From assembly GCA_964641935.1 (NCBI GenBank), contig CAZXMK010000001.1, positions 1-47,279 on the forward strand: 47,279 bases of DNA, written 5' to 3'. Made by a program: the position numbers and the translations under genes. Shown here piece by piece: positions 9,186 to 16,040 of the stretch. Under the pieces are notes generated by a model. The model had not been told where the DNA came from, did not search any database, and saw only the letters and a list, made by a program, of their open reading frames with translations. Numbering within the stretch: the first letter of the stretch is position 1; every line of letters begins with the position of its first letter. Origin of the DNA: an uncultured Syntrophaceae bacterium (GTDB lineage Bacteria > Desulfobacterota > Syntrophia > Syntrophales > PHBD01).

Positions 9186-9284
9186 ACTGCCTGCAGAGGC
9201 AAACTGCCCGAAAGGGCAGGACGCAAAACCAGCGGCCTACGTCTTGAAAAGGATATGGTGGCAGGGTTGCCGGGCGACAGCAGT
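9186..9284 (+). promoter_or_regulatory. c-di-GMP class I (GEMM-I) riboswitch aptamer in the 5' leader of the dsbC-like/minor pilin/pilY1 operon
   Basis: P1 is ACTGC(C)TG 9186-9193 pairing with CAGCAGT 9278-9284. GGCAAA lies at 9198-9203. Hairpin CTGCCC-GAAA-GGGCAG spans 9204-9219. GACGCAAAACC lies at 9220-9230. The second hairpin carries CCTACG (9236-9241) and TATGG (9254-9258), resembling the 11-nt GAAA tetraloop receptor. The 3' core GGGTTGCCG lies at 9264-9272. The layout parallels the Vc2 aptamer as I recall it. Confidence 0.8.
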
Positions 9285-9483
9285 CAACAACATCTTTCCA
9301 ACCCCGGGGTATTCCCGTCGGCTGTCCGGAAATCCCGCCAATCGTCCTTCAAGCCGTTGCCTGAGACAAACCGAAGAGGCCGATTCGTTTACAGATACGC
9401 TTCTTGATTTTGCCGTTTGGATATGAGAATATTCACCTAATTTCAATCATATCCCTCCTCATAGGAGATCAAGGAGCATGCGA

Positions 9484-10281
9484 ATGACATCGTTTGAGCG
9501 GATCATGAGGCGAATTGTCCCGTTGATTCTTCTGGTACTCGTTTTCAGTCTGCCCGCTTCGGCAAACGGCCAGGACAAACCAGCGACAAAAGACCCCTGC
9601 GCGTCCATGACGGAAGCTGCTTTACATGATATTTTTGACAAGATTGCACCGGGTGGCGTGTCCATCCTTTCGCATCGCAAAAGTCCAGTGGACGGCTTCT
9701 GCGAAATCGCCCTCGGCAGCAAGATGAATCCGCAGATTGTCTATCTCGATTATGCGAAAAAATTTATCCTCGCAGGATCGATGTTCGATGCCCACAGCAT
9801 GACCAATCTCAGCCTGATATCGAAAAATGCGATTCAGGACCAGTTCCGGGTCGATGTTGCCAAGATCCCTCTGGACAATGCTTTATGGATGGGAAATGGA
9901 AAGGCAATAAAGAAAGTGATTGTATTTACGGATCCCGACTGCCCGTTCTGTTCCTCTCTTCACAAGACGCTGCATCAGATCGTAACCGAACGACAGGATG
10001 TGGCTTTTCTCATCAAGCTTCTGCCCCTGCCCATGCACAAGGATGCCTACTGGAAATCAAAGAGCATCCTCTGCAACCGCTCTCTGAAAATGCTGGATGA
10101 AGCCTTTGAAAAGAAAGAAATACCCCGGACTGACTGCGCAACGGATGAACTGGAAAAGAATCTCCAGTTTGCTCAATCTTTCGACTTTGGAACCCCCACG
10201 TTGATTTTCCAGGACGGCTCAGTTATTCCCGGGGCCGTACCGAAAGATGAACTGCTGAAAAAGCTGGATTCGAAGAAATGA
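9484..10281 (+). CDS. DsbC/DsbG-family periplasmic thiol:disulfide isomerase (secreted)
   Basis: Signal peptide ends LPASA|NG. It has an N-terminal dimerisation-type domain, a thioredoxin fold with the CPFC active site (DPDCPFCSSLH), and the cis-Pro loop GTPTLIF. ATG 9484 has AAGGAG 7 nt upstream; the track start 9478 is the alternative. Confidence 0.8.
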   Translation: MTSFERIMRRIVPLILLVLVFSLPASANGQDKPATKDPCASMTEAALHDIFDKIAPGGVSILSHRKSPVDGFCEIALGSKMNPQIVYLDYAKKFILAGSMFDAHSMTNLSLISKNAIQDQFRVDVAKIPLDNALWMGNGKAIKKVIVFTDPDCPFCSSLHKTLHQIVTERQDVAFLIKLLPLPMHKDAYWKSKSILCNRSLKMLDEAFEKKEIPRTDCATDELEKNLQFAQSFDFGTPTLIFQDGSVIPGAVPKDELLKKLDSKK

Positions 10282-10787
10282 CACCATTACATCGGCGAAG
10301 ATCATCCGGCTGCCAGGCTAAAGCAGTCGGGAGCACTCGCGAAGGTTTCCCTCCCAGGGGGTTCAGCCTCGCCGAACTCCTGATTGTCATTGCCATCATC
10401 GGCACACTGGCGGTCATCGCGGGGTACTCCTGGCAGCGCTATGTCACAAACGCCAATCTCCGGTCCGCTGCCCGCGAGATTGCCTCGGATTTCTCCGCAG
10501 CAAGGGAAAACGCCATCAAGGGAAGCCAGAACTACACGATCAACTTCGATGTGTCCGGCAATCAATACACGATCTCTCCGGGAGCAATAGTCAAGGCTCC
10601 CACATTCTTCGGCTCGGATATCCGCCTCACGGCCGCCAATTTCGGACTCGGGGGCACGACCATCACTTTTTTTTCAAGAGGGACAGCCTCGGCAGGGAAC
10701 GTGTCGCTTGTAAACAGTCGCGGGTCCACAGCACAGATCATAGTAAACATTACAGGAAAGAACTATGTCCAGTTTGCGACGCAATGA
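10278..10787 (+). CDS. fimT: Type IV pilus minor pilin, FimT/GspH-like
   Basis: Prepilin motif PRG|FSLAELLIVIAIIGTLAVIA with Glu at +5, plus a GspH-like body (LRSAAREIASDFSAARENAI). Its ATG overlaps the dsbC-like stop as ATGA. Confidence 0.75.
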   Translation: MTPLHRRRSSGCQAKAVGSTREGFPPRGFSLAELLIVIAIIGTLAVIAGYSWQRYVTNANLRSAAREIASDFSAARENAIKGSQNYTINFDVSGNQYTISPGAIVKAPTFFGSDIRLTAANFGLGGTTITFFSRGTASAGNVSLVNSRGSTAQIIVNITGKNYVQFATQ

Positions 10788-11205
10788 GCGGGGAATCGGC
10801 CTCCCGGAGGTCATCATCGCCATTTTTCTGACCACCATCGGCGTTCTGGCCATTCTATCCCTGCAGCCCTCTGCATGGAGAACGGTCGGACGATCCGATT
10901 TCCTGGGCCGGGCGGCGGAGATCCTCTACAAAGAGATGGACACCCGTGAAACCTGGATCATGAATCCTTGCAACGCCGTGACAGCGGGAACCACGACTTC
11001 AGCCGTCAAAACCAGCGGCATGGCCGGAACGATCGCCGGGGACGCCACGTACACGGTGTCCACGACGATCACCAACATCGGGACCGGCGTCTGGCGGGTT
11101 ACGGTCCGTGTAACCTGGCCGATCAACCAGACCGGAATCTCGGAGAGCCTGGTGGTCACAAGGCAGGAGAAATTCCGATTCCCGGAGGGGTGTCCAAGCG
11201 TATGA
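10765..11205 (+). CDS. pilV: Type IV pilus minor pilin PilV-like
   Basis: NERG|IGLPEVIIAIFLTTIGVLAI (Glu+5). 146 aa, AGGAAAG Shine-Dalgarno, overlaps the end of fimT by 23 nt. Confidence 0.75.
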   Translation: MSSLRRNERGIGLPEVIIAIFLTTIGVLAILSLQPSAWRTVGRSDFLGRAAEILYKEMDTRETWIMNPCNAVTAGTTTSAVKTSGMAGTIAGDATYTVSTTITNIGTGVWRVTVRVTWPINQTGISESLVVTRQEKFRFPEGCPSV

Positions 11206-11924
11206 GAGAACAGAAGGGTTTTACCCTCATTGAATTGCTGATCACGCTGGTCATCGCCGTCATCCTCATGATGGCGATCTACGGGGCAATCAACACTGCA
11301 CAGCGATCCACCCAGGGGATCGAGCGGAAGGTGACGGCCCAGCAGGACGCCCGCGCCGCCCTGGAACTGATGGCCATGGAGATTCGCATGGCGTCGTACA
11401 ACCCGAATGTTGTCACGAATCTCTGGGTCGACCCGGGTAACTGCTTCAGTGCGAGTGGAAACCAGACCTACCAGGGCATCCAGGCGGCGACCAACAATCT
11501 CATGACGATCGAGATGGACATTAACGAGAACTCCGTCATTACGAACAACACCAACACGGATCCCAACGAAACGATCGCCTACGTCTATGACGCAGCCAAC
11601 CAATATATAACCAGGACAACCAACTGCGGCACTGCGCAGCCGTTTCTCGGAGAAACCGCAGCCAGCGGCCGCCCCCGGACGGTCCGGGTCATCAATGACG
11701 TCAACGGAAACGGTGCGTACGACACAGGCGTGGATATTCCCGTGTTTCGTTATTACAACGGGAGCGGGACCGAACTGGTCAACTTCCCGGCAGATATCCC
11801 GAACATCCGGAGGATCGACATAACGCTGGCGGTGGAGACGGCGGAAATCGATCCCATGACGAACCAGAGGAGACGCCTTGTCTACTCAACCAGTGTTACT
11901 CCGAGGAACCATGCTGCCAACTGA
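11202..11924 (+). CDS. pilW: Type IV pilus minor pilin PilW-like
   Basis: Start is at Met79 of track ORF 10968..11924: MREQKG|FTLIELLITLVIAVILMMAIYG (Glu+5). It overlaps the pilV stop as ATGA. The part of the ORF upstream of this Met overlaps pilV in another frame. Confidence 0.8.
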   Translation: MREQKGFTLIELLITLVIAVILMMAIYGAINTAQRSTQGIERKVTAQQDARAALELMAMEIRMASYNPNVVTNLWVDPGNCFSASGNQTYQGIQAATNNLMTIEMDINENSVITNNTNTDPNETIAYVYDAANQYITRTTNCGTAQPFLGETAASGRPRTVRVINDVNGNGAYDTGVDIPVFRYYNGSGTELVNFPADIPNIRRIDITLAVETAEIDPMTNQRRRLVYSTSVTPRNHAAN

Positions 11925-12399
11925 TTCGAAGCATCGGCAATATTTTCCGTCAGAACGCGGGTTTGCAATGGTGGCGGCCATTATGGCCTGCCTGATCCTT
12001 TTGGCCATCGGCATGCTGGTCATTCACCTGTCCACGGGGGATTTGCGGACCAGCGCGATGACCGTGGGGGACAAAAAGGCCCTCGCCGCCGTGGAGACAG
12101 GTATACACCGGCTCATGCAGACCTTCGACCCGGAAAACCTGTCGGCAACGACGTCCAGCACCCAGGTGGATTCGAGCAACGACCCGAATTCCTTCTATTC
12201 CATCGGAGCCGCAGTTGCACCCACTTCGGGCCCCTCCATCATCCCCATGGCAGGGTTTGCGATCGGCGGAGGACAACAATGGGGACAGGCCCGTTTTAAT
12301 GTCGATATTACAGGAAGGAACACCACGTACAACTCTACCGTCACGGTCGGGATCGGCCTCGGCTACGGCCCGGTGGAGATCAGCCTGATGCACCGTTAG
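11911..12399 (+). CDS. pilX: PilX-like minor pilin (no Glu at +5)
   Basis: SERG|FAMVAAIMACLILLAIGMLVIHLSTGDLRTSA ... KKALAAVETGIHRL matches the PilX N-terminal pattern. ATG 11911 has GAGGA upstream; the track start 11878 is the alternative. Confidence 0.65.
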   Translation: MLPTDSKHRQYFPSERGFAMVAAIMACLILLAIGMLVIHLSTGDLRTSAMTVGDKKALAAVETGIHRLMQTFDPENLSATTSSTQVDSSNDPNSFYSIGAAVAPTSGPSIIPMAGFAIGGGQQWGQARFNVDITGRNTTYNSTVTVGIGLGYGPVEISLMHR

Positions 12400-12413
12400 A
12401 CCGGAGGAGACCC

Positions 12414-15400
12414 ATGAAGCGTTCGGCGTGTTTTCTATTGATGTTGTTTGTTTGCCTGGTCCTGCCGCTGGCGGCAAACGCCCAGGAGGATGAGGCGGAC
12501 GAGTCCGCTCTGTTCACCTCTCTGGCGCCGGACGCCCTGATCATTCTCGACCTTTCGGGAAGCATGAACTGGACGGCCGCCGGGGAGACAATGTATGCAT
12601 CCTCCTGTACATCCAGTGCGGCATATTACAACGACTCCGGCACAGGACATACAACGGCGTGCACCATCAGCACCTCCAGTGTTCCCAAATATGGAAACTC
12701 AACTTGCAGCGGACCCTTTTACAAGACAAGCCAGACGGGTTACACAACCGACTGCAGCCGCCTCGCCATCGCCAAACGGGGGCTCTTCGAAATCCTGGAT
12801 GACAACGGGGACAATACCATCAACCTTCAAGACTCCAACAGCCTCGGAATCCGTCTCGGCTACATGCGCTACTACAATTGCGGCTCCGACGAAAGCGGCG
12901 ATTACTCAAGCGGCTGCAATAAAGTCCTGAAATCCATCGACACCAAATACAGCTCCATCTATTGCGGCAAAACTTCAAGCTGCTCGACCACCGATGTCGG
13001 ATCGAGCTCTACCATCTCCGGCGCATCCGCCACCGGCGGAACGCCGTTGGCGGGCGCCCTGACGGAAGCGAAGGCCTATCTGGATTACCACAAAAATACG
13101 GACAGCGCGGCCCTCTGCCGCTCGAAATTCGCCCTCCTGATCACCGACGGTGCCGACACCTTTGCCTGTAGCGGTGACGGCTCTGAAACACAGAAAGACC
13201 AATATAAGCGCCGGAGGGCCTTCGCGGAAAAAGCGCGGGCGCTTTCCGCCGCCGGCTACCGCACCTTCGTGATCGGATTCGGGGCAGCCATGCCCCACTA
13301 CCTGAAGAACACCCTGAACTGGGCCGCCTACCTCGGCGGCACCGACAACCCCCAGGCGACCAATACGGGAGACCCGACAGCCTACACCGAGGTGACATCC
13401 CCATGTACGACCGTAACGGTCACCAGTGGCAGCCAATGCCTCGCCACGGCGGATTACAATGCGGCGAATTCCATCTGTTACCACACCCTCACCGGTGAAG
13501 AGGGCCATTACTACTCCCCCAACGATCCCGGTGAACTGTCCCTCTCCGGGTATGCCTTCATCGCCTCGAACCCGGCCGAACTCTCCACAGCCCTGAAAGC
13601 GGCCTTCACGATCATTCGCGAGGCCACCTATTCCTTTTCACAGGCCTCCGTCCAGTCGACCCGGACGCAGGACGAAAACTACATCTATGAAGGCTCCTTC
13701 CAACCCGTTACAAACGATCCCTTCTGGCTTGGACACCTGAAGAAATACAACATCAACACCGACGGAAGCGTCGGCAGCGTGGTCTGGGATGCAGGAACCA
13801 TTCTCCAGTCGAGGGGGGCCGACACCCGGACCATGTACACATACGTGGGAGGAGCCCTGACGTCTTTTACAACAAGCATCGCCAGAAGCTATTTCAACGC
13901 CGATTCCGACGCGGAACGGAACATGATCGTGGGATATCTGCGGGGTGAATCGGCATACAATTTCGATTACTGGAAGCTTGGGGACGTGTTCCGCTCCAAT
14001 CCGATCACCATCAGCACTCCATCATCCTTTTTCAACGACACCCGTGACGCCAACAACGCTTTCTCCACGTTCCGCTCCGGCCACGCCAGGACGTCCGCTA
14101 TCGGGAACCGTGTCATCCTCGCCGGGGCCAACGACGCCCAGATGCATGCTTTCAAGACAAGCGACGGTTCGGAGGCTTGGAGCTTCATTCCTCCCAATTT
14201 CATGTACCGCCTCAAGTCCCTCGCCCATTCGTCCCATCCCACCCTGCTGGCACACGCCTATTACGTAGACGGGCAGGTAACCGTGTCCGAATACTGGACA
14301 GGCAGCGGCGACGGCACCAGCAAGACGTCGACCGACTGGAAGACCATCCTCGTATTCGGCCTGGGACGAGGCGGTAGTTCGACCCTCTGGAGTTCATCCG
14401 CTTCCTGTGACACCGGCTTCAACTCAACCTACAGCACAACGTACTCCAATTATTGCGGTTATTACGCTTTGAACGTAACGAATCCGCTGACCCCGACATA
14501 CCTGTGGCGCATCATGCCCACGAGCACTCAGGCACCATACCTGGGAGATCCCTGGAGCCGCATGCAGATCGGGCGCGTCAGCGTCCTGGGCAATGAGAAA
14601 TGGGTGGGGTTCATCGGGGGCGGTTACAATGCATCCGACTGCTCCGGCGGCGGCACCTGCGATGCCCGGGGCAAGGGATTCTACGTCATCGACCTGGCGG
14701 ACGGTACCGTCCTGTGGAGTTACACCCGGTCGGACAACACGAACATGAACTACAGCCTACCGGCACCTCCGGCCATCGTCGATACGGACAACGACAACTT
14801 CATCGACACGGTCTATATTGGAGATCTGGGTGGAAGCATGTGGCGCTTCAAGATGTGCTCCGCGTCGGACTTGGCCAGCAGCCCCTACTGCACGACATCG
14901 AGCTGGTCAGGAAGCTTTCTTTTTGGCGCCTCCACCGGAACCATAAGACCCATTTTCACGAGTCCCGCCATCGCGAAAGACAAGCAGAACAACCTCTGGA
15001 TATACTGGGGCACGGGTGACAAGTCGGATCCGACGGCGTCCAACGCACAGGAAAAATTCTTCGGCCTCAAGGACAATGACCGGACGACATCATACGCGAT
15101 CAATGACCTGGACAATATTACAACGGGAACCTACGACACCGCCTCGACCACAAAGAAAGGGTGGTACATCAACCTCGCCGGCCAGGGTGAAAAGATGCTG
15201 GCCGACCCCACGGTCTATGGAGGCGTCGTTTATTTCACATCCTATACGCCCCCGGTCGGAAACGACATCTGTTCCCAGGCGGGCACTGCCACACTCTACG
15301 GTGTGAACTACACAACGGGCGGTGCAGCCCTGACGACCAGTACTGGAACAGCCCGCAGCATCACACTCGGCGTGGGGATCCCCTCAGCACCTGTCATTTC

Positions 15401-15554
15401 CTTAAAGCCAGGGTCGTCGCCGGTACCGGATCTCTACGTGACCGTCAGCGGCGGTGCCGGAACAGGCGCCAGTACAATGCGGGCAAACATCAATCCCGTA
15501 TCGCCTTCCAACCGGACAAACATGCTCTATTGGAGAGACCGGCGCCTGCAATAG
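12414..15554 (+). CDS. pilY1: PilY1-like type IV pilus tip adhesin with an N-terminal von Willebrand A domain and a C-terminal PilY1 propeller
   Basis: 1046 aa with a Sec signal peptide (PLAANA|QE). The vWA MIDAS is DLSGS (12549-12563), GGTPLAGAL and LITDGAD. The C-terminal half has WSFIPP, DGTVLWSY and the calcium loop DTDNDNFID (14781-14807), followed by YIGDLGGSMWRF. GGAGGAG Shine-Dalgarno. Confidence 0.85.
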   Translation: MKRSACFLLMLFVCLVLPLAANAQEDEADESALFTSLAPDALIILDLSGSMNWTAAGETMYASSCTSSAAYYNDSGTGHTTACTISTSSVPKYGNSTCSGPFYKTSQTGYTTDCSRLAIAKRGLFEILDDNGDNTINLQDSNSLGIRLGYMRYYNCGSDESGDYSSGCNKVLKSIDTKYSSIYCGKTSSCSTTDVGSSSTISGASATGGTPLAGALTEAKAYLDYHKNTDSAALCRSKFALLITDGADTFACSGDGSETQKDQYKRRRAFAEKARALSAAGYRTFVIGFGAAMPHYLKNTLNWAAYLGGTDNPQATNTGDPTAYTEVTSPCTTVTVTSGSQCLATADYNAANSICYHTLTGEEGHYYSPNDPGELSLSGYAFIASNPAELSTALKAAFTIIREATYSFSQASVQSTRTQDENYIYEGSFQPVTNDPFWLGHLKKYNINTDGSVGSVVWDAGTILQSRGADTRTMYTYVGGALTSFTTSIARSYFNADSDAERNMIVGYLRGESAYNFDYWKLGDVFRSNPITISTPSSFFNDTRDANNAFSTFRSGHARTSAIGNRVILAGANDAQMHAFKTSDGSEAWSFIPPNFMYRLKSLAHSSHPTLLAHAYYVDGQVTVSEYWTGSGDGTSKTSTDWKTILVFGLGRGGSSTLWSSSASCDTGFNSTYSTTYSNYCGYYALNVTNPLTPTYLWRIMPTSTQAPYLGDPWSRMQIGRVSVLGNEKWVGFIGGGYNASDCSGGGTCDARGKGFYVIDLADGTVLWSYTRSDNTNMNYSLPAPPAIVDTDNDNFIDTVYIGDLGGSMWRFKMCSASDLASSPYCTTSSWSGSFLFGASTGTIRPIFTSPAIAKDKQNNLWIYWGTGDKSDPTASNAQEKFFGLKDNDRTTSYAINDLDNITTGTYDTASTTKKGWYINLAGQGEKMLADPTVYGGVVYFTSYTPPVGNDICSQAGTATLYGVNYTTGGAALTTSTGTARSITLGVGIPSAPVISLKPGSSPVPDLYVTVSGGAGTGASTMRANINPVSPSNRTNMLYWRDRRLQ

Positions 15555-15608
15555 CGATCCATCTAACCAGAGACCGGATTCGAAAGTCCAATATCCAAAC
15601 ATGAGAAA

Positions 15609-15639
15609 GGGGGCAGACATATCGAGTCTGTCCCCTTTT
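15609..15639 (+). terminator. Rho-independent terminator of the minor pilin/pilY1 operon
   Basis: GGGGGCAGAC (15609-15618), a 7-nt loop, GTCTGTCCCC (15626-35), then TTTT. The stem is 10 bp with one G-U pair, 55 nt after the pilY1 stop. Confidence 0.65.
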
Positions 15640-15960
15640 CGCATGTATTGCGTCTGTCATCTCTTGAGACTGTCCGGATAAAGGAAGGTACGTCTCCATT
15701 TCCGCCGCCGAACCCTCTGTTCTCGACTCCCCTTTGATTCCTTCATCCTGTCAATCATCATTGAGTGTTGCGGCATGCACCCATCAAGGAATCCATCCGC
15801 CGGAACTTTTCTGCTACGCACACCAGGACACGGTTGCCTGCGAACGGGCTTCCTTAAGGGACAGCGTCCAGAATCGATTCCATTATATAAGGAATACATC
15901 GGCGCTACCCTGTCGCTGATAGACCGACATCACGAGTGGACCGAAACGCATGACGTTTAT

Positions 15961-16007
15961 AAAAAGAGAAAGCCCCTCCCCGCACAATGACGCAGGAAGG
16001 GGCTTTC
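15961..16007 (-). terminator. Candidate rho-independent terminator after pilQ
   Basis: The minus strand reads GAAAGCCCCT ... AGGGGCTTTC (10-bp stem, large loop) followed by TCTTTTT, about 35 nt after the pilQ stop. Confidence 0.5.
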
Positions 16008-16040
16008 CTTGTGTCTACGAGTCCTGTTCTTCGCGTTCCT

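Noticed and set aside
9256-9270. A sigma-54-like TGGCAGGGTTGC element.
   Set aside because: The GG-to-GC spacing is 3 nt too short for a -24/-12 promoter. The bases also belong to the conserved 3' core of the riboswitch aptamer.
9186-9284. The possibility that the aptamer is a cGAMP-sensing GEMM-Ib variant, as found in Geobacter.
   Set aside because: Both purines immediately 5' of the CAAA strand are G (AGAGGCAAA). Whichever is equivalent to Vc2 G20, the A that shifts specificity to cGAMP is absent. This is still only a sequence-based guess and needs binding data.
9049-9426. A 125-aa plus ORF, together with the 80-aa minus ORF 8927..9169, in the large divergent gap.
   Set aside because: The plus ORF runs straight through the riboswitch aptamer. 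Neither has a convincing SD, and both have atypical composition. The structured RNA explains the sequence better.
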